64,000 bases of DNA from Lama glama (Eukaryota), in contig CM052817.1 of NCBI GenBank assembly GCA_028534125.1, forward strand, positions 65,784,001 through 65,848,000, read 5' to 3'. This document shows, in pieces, positions 38,501 to 50,517 of this stretch. The notes below the pieces were generated by a model, which was not told the DNA's origin, did not search any database, and worked only from the letters and a program-made list of their open reading frames with translations. Each line of letters begins with the position of its first letter. The first letter of the stretch is position 1. A program made the translations under genes and the position numbers.

Positions 38501-40010
38501 AGGTTTATTTGTAAGCTTGAAATCAGTACTCACTTGGACATGAGCAGAGCAGCAAAAAAAAAAAAAAAAAATTGAGTTCCCTGGCACATATGTTCCCAGG
38601 TGAGTCAAATGTGGAAACCCTCTGCCTTCTTGTTTCAGCTCTCACACTGTAAACTAGTGTCCTTTTTCCAGTATATTTAATTTAATATCATGCTTTTTAC
38701 ATTTGTGCACTTTGGTGATTTCACTGTTCAAAACGGCCCCCAAACACAGTGCTGAATTGCTGTCTAATGTATCTGAGCACAAGAAGGTTGTGGTGTGACA
38801 TGCAGAGAAAACACGCTAGATGAACTTTGTTCAGGCATGAGAGATGGTGCTCTTGTCCTTGAGTTCAACATCAATGGATCGACAATGTATATTAAGTAGG
38901 GTGTCTTTAAGCAAAAACACACATAAAGTAAGATGATATAGTGATTGGTGATGAAAATTTTATGACCGGAGGCTCACAGGAGTCTAATCCAATGTATCCC
39001 TCAGTAGCAATTGTTCAGCGTTCACTTACTCAGTGTTCATGACAACTTTATGGGCCCTAACTACCAAAATAACATCAACTGAATTATTCATCCTAGCCAT
39101 AGTTTTACCTATGTGAAGTGTTCATCTCTAATATTTAATCTGGGAATTTTTTTATGTCTTCCATTTCTTGATTTAATAGGTTTAATCTTTCTCCTAACTT
39201 CTTCAACATATGTAATACAGTTGTAATAAAATTTTAATTTTTTTTCTACTAATTCCATCGTCTGTGTCATTTCTGGGTCAATAACTATTGATTAATTTTT
39301 CTCCTCATTATGAATTGTATTGGAATTTTGTATTGCTTCCTTATGTATCTGGAATTTTTTAAATTAAATATTAGACATTATGAATTTTCCCTGTTCAGGT
39401 GGTTGATATATTTGTATTTCCATATTTTCTTCATTCTGAGATCCAGTTAAGTCACAAATATATCAGCCAATTTGATCCTTCAGAGTCTTGTTTGAAAGTT
39501 TTCCCTAACATAGCTTAAAAGTTTAAAAGCAGGACTTGAGAGGATCAAACTGCTTCCAAGTAAGTTAACAGCATCCCAGAACAAAGTTCAATAGTATCTG
39601 TGAAATATTGTAAATTTTACAAAGTTTTGGTTAGTTTTATCTCACTACGAAAACAAATCTCCAGAGTTTTCTCTCTGTGTAGCTCTTCTTTTCTGGTATT
39701 CTGGTCTGCAAATTCTAGCTATTTTTGGCCTCCCTGGTTTCCAGTTTTATCTTCTCAACTTAGGCAGACTGATGGCTCTGCCTGAGGTCCCTTCCCTTTG
39801 CTGTGACCCAGAAGGTGCCTCAGATTAGCGAGGTGGAGGACTCACAGTGCTCATTCCATTTGTTTCTTGTCACTCAGGAATCACTGTGCTTTTGTTGGTG
39901 TCATCCAATGCCTGTAAAACTTCTCTTTGGTATGTATTATCGAGTTTTTTCATTTTATCTGGTATGAGGGTAAATCAGGTTCTTGTTATTCTATTTTTGC
40001 CATCTTTTCT
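35550..40010 (-). mobile_element. Old L1M (L1MC/MD-type) element with decayed ORF2, interrupted by MER82
   Basis: ORF 37399..37671 (IIRDFYSPLPIFDRMSREKISKDTSDLNNIVN...IDIYKTL...EYAFF) matches the L1 endonuclease domain. Other minus-strand fragments (EILKIRVETNE, FYNLDKMDKFL) are also ORF2-like. Ends are approximate. Confidence 0.85.
38447..39081 (+). mobile_element. MER82 TcMar-Tigger non-autonomous DNA transposon
   Basis: Starts TA|cagtcaatcctcattagtagtggattctgtatttgcaaattt and ends taactaccaaaataacatcaactg. About 635 bp. Confidence 0.85.
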
Positions 40011-40344
40011 CTACATATATTTTCAGTTCTGAAGAATTTAATTTAATTCCACATTTCTTGCTCAAACAGGCTCATCTACAAGCCTACAAGAGTTAAGTAA
40101 GTGAAAAAACTAAGGGCTTACCTTTTTTCTGGATTGCAGATTACAACGAATATACATGATCCAGCACTGGTCAGCAGATGTGAATACTCGGATGATAGTA
40201 TTCTTCACCAAGCCTTTGGTGTCCACGTAAGCAAGGTTCAAAGCTAACACTGTAAAGGGTACGATAACCCCTGCTCTCTAAGGAGTTCAATAAAAAGATT
40301 CACTTTACAACATCACTATTCAAATTTAGCTAACTGCAAGTTGA

Positions 40345-40480
40345 ACAATCAACTGGTCTAGTTCCTGGTTTTACAAGTTAGGAAGGTGAGACTCATGATG
40401 TTAAGTGACCAGAGTACCACAGCTGGTTATCGGCAGAGCTGAGAAAGAATCTCGGTGCTAATTTCCAATGTGAGTGATTT
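40345..40480 (-). mobile_element. MIR/MIR3 fragment
   Basis: ttttacaagttaggaaggtgagactca...gttaagtgacc...cacagctggttatcggcagagctg. Confidence 0.6.
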
Positions 40481-40567
40481 CTCGTTCCACAGAAACGATC
40501 TTTTCACTCTCATTACGTCTGTGTTATCTACTAGTGGGCTGCACATCCACCTGGGTGAGATGCCGAA

Positions 40568-41060
40568 TGTATTTGTCAGGGTCCCAACAGGAAGCGGATA
40601 GAATTAAAAAAAGTTTAGAGAACTTAAAGAGTTTGATTACAGAGAGTCTAATAAAGAAGCTATTTACAAGAGGTGTAGACAAGGTTAAGAAAATCAGCAG
40701 GATGTGATGACTGCAATTGTGGAAATTCCACAACACCTCTAGGGCTAGGGGTCTGGGAAAAAAAAAAAAAAGTTCTACAGCAAAAGCTACAGCCACAGAA
40801 GACAAGCCACACAATAGCACCTGAGCACCCGCAGATGTGGAGGAACGCGGCCACATCCCATGAAGGACACTTCGGGAGAATACGTACCCGACTTTTTTCT
40901 CTGTTCAATCTCCCATCTTGTCGATGTTTCCTGCTGGTCAAACCTAACAGAAGCCCGAGGGTCGAGGAGTCCGTGCAGGCCAGCCTCGTGGGGCACAGAG
41001 CAGAGCAGAGAGCAACCAGACAGGTGATCTGGAAGAGCAAGGAAAAGAAATACTGCGCCA
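40568..41060 (-). mobile_element. LTR33-family ERVL solo LTR
   Basis: tgtatttgtcagggtcccaacaggaag...gagagtctaataaagaagctatttacaag...ggtcaaacctaacagaagccc...ggggcacagagcag. Confidence 0.75.
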
Positions 41061-42879
41061 AATTTTCTTTCATATACGCATTTGAAAAGAATTTATGGTC
41101 ACAGAAATGTCAAGGAGATTGGAAATACCAATCAATCATTTGGGGACAGTTAAAGCTGTCCCAGAAACCATCTCAACTTTGAATATTTTCGTAAGCCGTT
41201 TACCTTAATTCTCCCTTTACAATTTTTTTTATAAGAAAAGAAACGTCTATGTCAGTAATTTTTCTTTAAGAAAATATAGCTAATGAAGTAAAAATGACAA
41301 CAGGGAGTCAATATGTATTTGTATTCCTGAGAGACCTAACATTTTTTTACATTCACCAGAAAGGACCTTTCAATTTATTAAAGAGCATCTTTCTTGATGG
41401 AATTGAAAATCAATTCTGAGTGTCATGATTGAGCACTCAGAATGACTTACCTAAGTTTCATCATTCAGATCTGAAAATGTCACTGTCATATTGGTTTGGA
41501 ACCTCATCTTGAGGAAACGTAATCTGTAGACCTGTTTACTGTGTTTTAGATACTAGAGGACTCATTTCATATCTCATAAACTAAGTGTTTTATTCAGTCT
41601 TTGACTTCATTTATTCTGATCAAAGCCAATTTGTGACATCAAGAAGGTTGTAGGGTAGGACTATTTACCTTTCCTACCTGTTCTCAGGAACACTTAAAAC
41701 TTGGTATCAATCCTTTATTGTTTCAGATGACAGAGTAGTACCCTTGGGTTTTTCAAAATAAAGTTGTTGCAGAAGTTTCACACAAACATCTCCTGTGTTA
41801 ATTGCTTATCCCTTAGAGGCTTTTTAAATGGCAATTCCATGGTGAATTATGCTGGCAATAGAAAGGCCGTTCATTTATAAAGTTCATATAAATGATGCAT
41901 TGGGAAAGGAGTTTTTGTTCTGGTTGATAAAAGTTAATCAAATGCAAGATGGCATAGAGCAATTCAGCATAAATCTTCCACAGAGCGCTGCTTACGCCTC
42001 CCGTCTCCCAGGTAGGGAGAACATTTATCTGACTATTTCTAAACTGTCCCAATAAATCTTTGATTAAGAACACCAGATCAAAGTCACTGACTAATGACTT
42101 GTTTTCCAGAACTCTGCTGGTAAATATGTTATAAATGACATCTCAACTCTTCAATAGCCTGAAAGCAGAGACATTTAAAACTTAAGCGAGAACCACAAAT
42201 GAGTCAAAGGGGGAACAGGGAAAGAATTGGCCTTAAATGCAGTTTTCTCTTACCAGAGAACTTGTCAACAAAACAATGGGAGAGAAACAGAGCAAGTTCA
42301 CGTTCTACAACACCTTCAAACCACTAGATTTCTGTTCTGTTAAGACCGAGGTTGAATATCAGATTCACGAGTTTTGGTGCTTAGAAGCTCAATGGCAAAA
42401 AGAAAAAAAATATATCATTATGAATTTCAGATAATGTACAATGTCTGAGACTAAACAGTGATTTCAAAAGGAACTTTCTCTTCCTCTGCTTATAACCCTC
42501 AATGGAAAATCAAGCTCTCTGATAGAGGTAGCTTAACTAAAAAGGAGCAAATGACTCTCATTCGAGGACAGTAATGTCTGCCTCTACAAACCAGTTTGTG
42601 CCTCAGACAAGCTGGCCTTGGCCATGCTTCTGTGCCAGGCCATGTGACCCAACTTTTTCATGTTTTAAAAATGGCTCAATGAGTGTTTGGACATAATGTG
42701 TGCCCTTTCATATGTGACCATATGAAATGAACTATGCCCATGGTGTTTGGAGAAAAATTAAGATGTCTATTTCTTAGCATTTTTTTAAGATTAGCAACCT
42801 ATGTGACTACTGCTTATCACAATGCCTGGTAATCAAGACCTTTTATCTCCTCCAAATATTCTAAGTGCATTTGTTTATT

Positions 42880-43110
42880 ACAGCAGCTACCACTTACTGA
42901 GGATATTCTATGTGCTTAGGATTTCTCATCTAAGATCTTGTAGGCTCCACACCACGAGTCTTTGGGCTAGCTACCACTCAATCTATTGGCGAGTAAACCA
43001 AGAATCAGAGGGTTGAGTACCCTGATTGAGGTCATACTATCTGTAAGTGACTGGTCCAGGAACTGAACCTAGTTTTGTCTCAATTTGAAACCCAAGTTCT
43101 TTCCACTGCT
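42880..43110 (-). mobile_element. MIR SINE
   Basis: agctaccacttactgagg...cagagggttgagt...aggtcatac...gaactgaacctag...tctttccactg. Confidence 0.6.
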
Positions 43111-43545
43111 TCTTTCTTATTAAGCTGCTAAAGGTACTAGGTGTTAGGATTTCTGATTATGCAAGTAACAAAGCGCATTCATTAAAAATTCTCAGCTAGA
43201 AGACTAAAATTTAGGGAGATCAATCACACGTCTGTTTTAAAAGCTTGAAAGTTTCATAAAGATTTTAATATCCCCTCAGCCCATCCACTTTTCCCCCCCA
43301 GTCTGATGAAACAGACTGTGTGCAATTACAAATCCCTAATCTGTGAATTCAGACAAGATGGTCCCAGAATGTAACTCTAGGTCACACAAGGGTGTTCTTA
43401 CCCAGGGCACAGTTCCACCCAACCATTGCAATTGTTTGTTTAATGTGAAAGTAAAAGTTAACAAAACATTAAATTCTCTCAGAATCCATTTCACTTTTTA
43501 AAGCCATTCTTCTTTGCATGTAATTTATTCAATTTAAGAACTGGT

Positions 43546-43694
43546 CCTACTGCATAGCACAAGGAACTATATTCAATACTTTGTAATAGCCTACAATGAA
43601 AAAGAATGTGAAAAGGAATGTATAACTGAATCACTATGCTGTACACCAGAAATTAACAATATTTTAAACTGACTATACTTCAATTAAAAAAAAA
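43546..43694 (+). mobile_element. Young 5'-truncated L1 3' end
   Basis: cctactgcatagcacaaggaactatattcaat...ctgactatacttcaatt plus poly(A). TSD aagaactggt (43536-43545) and aagaaatggt (43695-43704) at a TT/AAGA site. Confidence 0.9.
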
Positions 43695-44954
43695 AAGAAA
43701 TGGTGCTTGCGTTTTGAGGACTAACTGCAAAGGAAAGGGGTGAAGGGCTCATGATAATGAAAAAAAAATACCCTTATGTTTGCCTTATGTTTGTATTGCA
43801 TGGTTTGACTGCAGAATAAAAAGTAAATAATGTTTCTTACCTCTCATATTTATAGTGGTTCTATGTACCTTTAAAAAGCAGGATAACATTTTGCCACTCT
43901 TCTCTCTCCCATTGAATTTAATTAAAATGTGATCTTTTCTAAATTGACTTGAGTCACTTGGCTCTCCTGTGTATATTGCAGGCTCCACTCATAAATTCTT
44001 TACCAGATTTCCATGTAGGGAGGATTAACCATTTTGCAATCTAATTTTCTTCCAGCAGAACGCCTCTGGTTCTTTATCAACACTCGGGGAAAACAACTGA
44101 GGTCTCCAGGAGTCTATCTCTCACCAACAAATGAACTCTCAGGTCAGTCTTCTTGATCACTTCTCCCTCCCCCACCTCTGCCGGGAGAGTTGGCACACAG
44201 ACAGTCTCTCCTTAGGCGGAGGAGGATCACGTACTATAATCCTCCCTGAATCCAGCCTTTGCCACACATGGCCTATTCCAGATTTCATCAGACAAATCCA
44301 AGTTTCAAGGCCAGAGTTGTAGCACAAGGCATTTCTTTTTCTCTAGGACAAGGTCTAGGCTAGTGATTTCAAACTTCAGTTTCATCGCTTTCAAGTGCCT
44401 TCACTGCTGGTGTTGGAAAACCTTTGGAGGCCCTTTAGATCGATGCTCGTGTTTTTCAGTCAGTGATATTCAAATTCAGATAAGTAAAATAAATCACTTG
44501 CCACAATTAATTTAATGGTAAAACTCAGACCACAACCCTTATAATACATGCCCAGTAAGTTTTCTACAAAATGGTGCTGCCTTATACACATGACTTTTGT
44601 CATTTAAAAACATTTTGGCATTCACATGTAATCCACTGAGATTTGTTAACTGAACTCATACTTCTATATTTCAGTAGGACTAAGATAAATTTTCTACTTT
44701 TAGCACTTTGAAAATAGAGATGAGTCTTGAGAAGCAATGGTATCTTATTGCTGCTGTTAGCGGGTATGAGTAAGGATGTAAGTGTCATTATCTTCTTACG
44801 TACAATCTTGGTTGACATTTTGATGGCATAACTGAACACCTACAACCCCTTGACATTTGATTGAAAAAGCACTTTAAGCCCTTTTGAGGAATTAATATAA
44901 GGCTTATCTGTTGAATTTTATTGACTTTCTCTGGTAAGATCCAGAAAGATCCAG

Positions 44955-46105
44955 TAAATGGAACTACAAACAGAACTACATCAAACTAGAAGACTTTTGC
45001 ACAGCAAAGGAAATCATCAACGAAATGAAAAGGCAACATACTGAAAGAAGATATTTGCAAATCATATATTGGATAAATGTTAATATTCAAAATATATATG
45101 AATTTATACAACGTAATATTAAAAAAAAATTTAAAAAATGGGTAGAGACCCTGAATAGACATATTTCCAAAGAAGACATACCAATGGTCAACACAAACAT
45201 GAAAAGATGCTCAGTATCACTGATCATCAGGGAAATGCACATCAAAACCACAATGAGATATCACCTCATACCTGTCAAAATGGTGATCACCAAAAAGACA
45301 AGAAATAAATGCTGGTGAAGATTTGGAGTGAAGGGAACCCTCATGTACTGTTGGTGGGAATGTAAACTCATGCAACCACTATGGAGAATAGTATGAAGGT
45401 CACTCAGAAAACTAAAAATAAAACTACCACATGATCCAGAAATTCAGTTTCTAGGTATTTATCTGAAGAAGAGAAGAACATTAATTCAAAAAGATACATG
45501 TACCCCAAAGTTCATTGCAAAATTATTTACAATAGCCAAGATATGGAAGCAACCTAAGTGTCTATTGATAGACGAACGGACAAAGAGATGTGGTATATGT
45601 ACACACACACAGTGGAATGTTACTCAACCATAAAAAAATAATGAAATCTTCCCATTTGCAGTAATGGAGATGAACCCAGAGGGTATTATGCTAGATGAAA
45701 TAAATCAGAGAGAGAAAGACAAACACCAACTAATTTCATTTACATGTGAAATCTAAAAAACAAAACAAATAAACAAATATAACAAAAAAAACAGGCTCCT
45801 AGATACAGAGAACAAACAGGTAGTGGCCAGAAGAAAGGCGTGGGGAGGATGCGCAAAATCGGTGACAGGATTAAGAGGTCCAAACCTCCAAATCTCCAAA
45901 CCTCCAGTTATAAAACAAGTGAGTCATGGGGATGTAATGCACAGCGTAGGGAAAAGAGTCAATCATATTGTAATGACTTTGTATGGTGACAGACAGTAAC
46001 TAGACTTACCGTGGTGATCTTTGCATAATATTTAAAATATTGAATCACCATGTTGTACACCTGAAAACTAATATAATATTGTAAGCCAACTATACTTCAC
46101 TTTTA
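44955..46105 (+). mobile_element. L1MA9-like element: ORF2 C-terminus and 3' UTR
   Basis: ORF 45025..45318 ([38 protein letters not shown]) is the ORF2 C-terminal region. The 3' UTR runs agtcatggggatgtaatg...tgtacacctgaaa...caactatacttca. Confidence 0.9.
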
Positions 46106-46949
46106 ACAAATGTAAACAGTGGATTTGTTCTATCTGCTCTACCTTGTGCCAAAGACTTAACTGTAGTATTGGTTTTTCTCTCAGTGAAATATACTGTAAT
46201 CTCGCCTTATGTTGAGGATGAATCTAGTTTCTCCTAAAGTAACGACAAGTTGTATTTCACATTCTACCTCAAAGCAAAGCAGGCAGGATTTGGGTGGGAT
46301 GGAGCACGTCCCAAGGGACCTGGAACAGGAACTGAGCTGAGAAGTGGGGCAGGTCAAAGGGCAAGGGAGCCGCAGGAGGAGAGGGGATTCCACCGCAGGT
46401 CCCGGGAGAAAGCCAGCCCAACTAGCCCAGCGCAGCAGACGGCAGGGAAGACGGCGAAATGGCAGCACCAGTCATTCAACTGTCAAGTTTAAAGAAAGTG
46501 GCATCAGCTAATTCAGGAGCGAGGAACATTCCACAGGTAGGCAGGTAGATCAGGAAGTCTGTCAACAGAGGGAAGATGCTGGAATTCCTTCGGTGGGGAA
46601 GGCACCGCCTAGAGGAAACCTAGTAAGTGAAAGCATGACCCGAATTACAGGACACAGGTAGACTACTGAGACTCAGACGGAGGAGGATAGGACCCCGCTT
46701 CAAGAATGAGAGTTGAAGGCAAGCACCGATCGTCTGGAATAAGGCAGCTATAAAAACTGGAGTACAAGGCACGGACCTGAATCTCAAACAGAAAGCTTAC
46801 ACTGCCTTCAAGGCACCTATCATGTAATGGAAACTACTGCTCAGTAAGATCAAGCTGCTTAATCTTTCCAAGCCTCCGTTTCCTTGCCTAAAACATGGCA
46901 ACAGTTATTCTTCCCTCACATTAGTTCTAAGACACATCGTTAAGTGAAC

Positions 46950-47220
46950 AGGAAAAACATAAAATTATATTTATTTTACGATCAATCCCATTTATATGAA
47001 AAATCTACACCCAAGTTTCTGTGTGCACGCACGTACACACATACACACTGTCACATCCAGGACCTGGGAGGAAACACATTCCACTGTCAACAGTGGTAAC
47101 CATGGGGAAGAGGATGGAGGGGCACTTCCTGTTTTGGTATCAACAATTCTGTTTCTTTAAATATTTCACAATGGGCATGTATTAATATATTACTTTTCAA
47201 AGAAAAAAATTAATATCTAT
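46950..47220 (+). mobile_element. Old L1MC/ME 3' end fragment
   Basis: atcccatttatatgaaaa...actgtcaacagtggtaaccatgggg...acaatgggcatgtatta. Confidence 0.5.
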
Positions 47221-48080
47221 TTCAGAGGATTATTACGAGGTTTCCACAAAATGTTTGTTTCTGAAGAGTGTCACACAGGCCAGTCACATAGTTAGATCTC
47301 AACAAATGACAGCATTGTTCCTTATTGTCACTGTTGTTTCTGTCATTAGAGGGGAAGGTAAACATCCACAAAATTCATAAGAACATGCAAATGGAAACTA
47401 AAAGCAAAAGCACAGTTAGAAACATAAACAAGCTATATTTAAACATGAGTGCGCAGAAGACTCTGAAGTGACTGACATGTGTTAAGCAGGATGGGGTCCA
47501 CCTGGAAAGGTTCCATGGAGATGGAGCAGCTTGAACAGAATTCTGAGAGTGGGAGGAGATGTAGTTTGCCAACGAAGCATGGCATGAGAATTATACAAGC
47601 AGATTGGAATCGCTAAAGATCTAATGATGCCAATATTTCTAAGTCCACTTTCAGTTTCAGACCATGTCAGAGATGAGGTGAAGAGATCCAGCAGGCAGTG
47701 AGAGAGGGCATTTATGGCCCTTGCAGGGGAAAAGCACAAGGAAGGGAGAGAAACATGGATGTATTTCCAGAGGATGGCATCTTTTCCTAGGTAGTCTGGG
47801 AAGAACCAGGCCAGCCCTGTGGGAGCTCAGCCAACAGGAGGTGAGTGCTTCACCTGTGACAGTGCCTAGTACAAAATCCCCATCACTGGAGCTTTATTTA
47901 TGTGGAGGTCAAAATATTTCATTCAGCTACTCCTCACTTCCATCCTCCTCGTTGGTAGTGACCTGGGGCCATGCTGCTCCCGGCCACCTGCTCATCAGAG
48001 CTCCATGCACACACCCGTGGGGCCTCAGTGTGAGTTCTCTCTGCTCCCTCAGAAGGCAATTCCAGGCAAGCCTAATGTGC

Positions 48081-48922
48081 TGTTATGGTTTGAAGGGACA
48101 CTACATGCTTGTGTCCCTTCAAAATCCACATGCTGAAATCCTAACCCCCAATGGAATGGTAATAGAAGGTATTATGGCCTGTGGGAGATAATTAGGTCAT
48201 ATGTTAGGGTTCTCCAAAGAATGAGAAAAATATGCATATATATATATAGAGAGAGGCTTATTATAGGAATTGGCTCATGCGATTATGTAGGCCAAGAAGT
48301 TCCACAGTCTGTTGTCTAGAGAATCACTCGAGCCAGTGGTGTAATTCAGTCTGAGCCCAAAGGCCCGAGAATCAGGAATGTTGATGTCTAAGAACGGAAG
48401 ACGGCTGTCCCGGCTCAGGCCCTTCCTCTGCCTTTCTGTTCTGTTCAGCCCTCGCTGGATTGGATGGTATCCACTCACACTGGTGAAAGTGGTCTTCTTC
48501 ACTCACTCAACCAATTCAAATGCTAGTATCTTCCAGAAACACCCTCACAGGCACACCCAGAAATAATCTTTCCCAATTCTGTAGGCATCCTTCAATCCAG
48601 TCAAGTTTACACATAAAATTACCCCTCACAAATCAGGAAGGTGGAGCCCTCGTGATGGGATTAGTGTCCTTATAAGAACAGACGAAAAAGAGCTTACTTT
48701 CTCTCCCTCTCCCGCTCTCTCCCTCTCTCTCTCTCCCCCTCTCTCCCCCCACCACCCCCCATGTGAGGACATAGCAGGGAACACCCAGTCCTCACCAGAC
48801 ACCAGGTTTGCCTGCTGCTTGATCTCTGGATTCCAGCCTCCAGATCTGTGAGAGATAAATATTAGTTGTATAAACCACCCAATCTATGGTGATTTGTTGC
48901 AGCAGCCTGAACAGACTAAGAC
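48081..48922 (+). mobile_element. MLT1A0/MST-type MaLR LTR, split by MLT2
   Basis: tgttatggtttgaa...tgtgtcccttcaaaatccacatgctgaaatcctaaccccca...attaggtca | ggtggagccctcgtgatgggattagtgtccttataaga...gcagcctgaacagactaagac. Confidence 0.88.
48200..48630 (-). mobile_element. MLT2 (C/D-type) ERVL LTR nested in MLT1A0
   Basis: ttagggttctccaaagaa...ggaattggctcatgcgattatg...caatccagtcaagtttacacataaaattacccctcaca. Confidence 0.88.
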
Positions 48923-48957
48923 TCGTGGTGAGTACAGGTTTCTGCTCCTGATTATTT

Positions 48958-49021
48958 CCAGGAGTCTTGGGTTTGCATCATCATTCCCAGGAGTCTTGGG
49001 TTTGCATCATCATTCCCAGGA
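48958..49021. repeat. Perfect 29-bp tandem duplication
   Basis: ccaggagtcttgggtttgcatcatcattc twice (48958-48986 and 48987-49015), followed by ccagga. Confidence 0.95.
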
Positions 49022-49939
49022 CCATGGACGGGGCTTTGGTGGTCTATCATCTGTGATATAAGCAAAATCACTAACAAACTTATAGCCAAGGCTCTCTGGT
49101 TCTCCTAAGCCTGCTCCAATGTGTCTCTCCTTTTACTGGTCATCAGATAACCTACTGAGTAGTGAGCTCATGCAGCTTCTTATTCACACTTTCTTCCATG
49201 GAGCACAGCTCGTCCCACAGGCTTCTCTTCCCCAAACTCTACCATCTTACACACATGACTTCCTGCCTCGCAGTTTCTGGGTCACTGACAGCTTGTCCCT
49301 GTGTCAGCATATGGAGGTACTCATGCAACCTACATCTCAGGTGCCCATTCAGCCAAGGGATCCACATGGGGGTCACTCATTGCAGGGTGCTGGGTATATT
49401 CTTCAATACACTGAACTCTTCTTGGCCAACAGCAGGCTAGACATTGGGAGCCCATCCCAGCAGACTTCTCAGTGCTCTTTAAGACCATATTTTGATTTAT
49501 CCTACTTCACTGTACCAACTCCTGTCAAGCCCTCATTTTTGGCTTGGAAGAAGATGAGAAGAATTGTGGCAAAACACATGTGGGAGCAGGGATTCTGCCG
49601 TCCTGGTCTTAGCTGATGCAAACCAAAACTGGCAGCACAGCGTCATGAGGCAGGAAGACATCAATACAGAACACTCAACCAAGGCTGGTCAGAGCTGCTG
49701 CAGAATAGCAACAACGGAAGGTGTTTGTGTGCACCAAGCAATGACTTACACAGAAACTTGGAGCATGAAATTGACTCCCTATAGGCAGAGATTTGCTGAG
49801 AAGAAAAGGTACTTAGGCTTTGCTGTAATAGCTCTGTAATGTTACATCCCAATTGGCAGAAGTTAGTTCAGAAGTTCACTAAACAGCTGTCTCAAGCCTG
49901 ATGCTAAGGAATGAGCCATGGGCCCTATAGGAGTTCACT

Positions 49940-50319
49940 CAAGTTGTTACAACAGGGCATCTCCGGCTGAGGGGATCAAACAGCAGACATTTACTTTCTC
50001 ACAGTTCTGGAGGCTGTAAGTCCAAAATCAAGGAGCTGGCAACAGAGCTTTTATTCTGAGGCCTCTTCTCTTGGCTTGTAGGTGGCCACCACTCAGCCAG
50101 GTGATCTGTTGGCCATTCCTTGATACCTTCATGGAGAGGGAGGAAGAGAATGAGATCTCCGGTGTCACTTCTAAAAAGGACACTAATCCTGTTGGACCAG
50201 GGCCCCATCTTTATGACCTAATTTAATCCTAATTACTTCCTTAAAGGCTCCATCTCCAAATGTCACACTGGGCCTTAGGGCTTGAATTTAGAGCAAATAC
50301 AAATAGCCAGTCCATAGCA
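49940..50319 (-). mobile_element. MLT1A-like MaLR solo LTR
   Basis: tctcacagttctggaggctgtaagtccaaaatcaagg...aaggacactaatcctgttggaccagggcccc...cagtccatagca. Confidence 0.85.
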
Positions 50320-50422
50320 AGCTTCTAAATAGAATGAACTTTCCCAGGAACTTATAAGTAATATTTGAGACTACCTAGAGAAAATTTAGAACTATAATTT
50401 GACTATTAGCATAATACACAAT

Positions 50423-50517
50423 GTATTGACCCTTGAATAACACAGGATTAGGAGCCCCAACCCACCATGCAGTCAAAAATTTGTGTATAACTTTTGAATT
50501 CCCAAAATACATAACTA
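50423..50517 (-). mobile_element. Tigger2-family 3' terminal fragment (inverted)
   Basis: ttgacccttgaataacacaggattaggagcccc...gcagtcaaaaatttgtgtataacttttgaattcccaaaa...aacta is the reverse complement of the recalled Tigger2 right end. Confidence 0.75.

Larger units (their letters stand above)
47901..49527 (-). mobile_element. Old LTR (LTR78-like) hosting MLT1A0 and MLT2
   Basis: TG/CA ends. The reverse strand starts tgacaggagttggtacagtgaagtaggataaatcaaaatatggtcttaaagagcactgagaag and ends ...gctgaatgaaatattttgacctccaca. Family assigned from memory. Confidence 0.45.

Noticed and set aside
41413..41443. 10-bp inverted repeat attctgagtg/cactcagaat
   Set aside because: Too short and isolated to imply a structured RNA.
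46195..46800. Purine-rich segment (possible old Gypsy-like LTR) with a CTCF-like motif at 46602-46615
   Set aside because: I could not match it to a family from memory, and the motif deviates from consensus. A Dfam search and PWM scan would be needed.
47721..49839. ORFs of 156 aa (47721..48191) and 165 aa (49119..49616)
   Set aside because: They run through LTR-derived sequence and have no recognisable homology.
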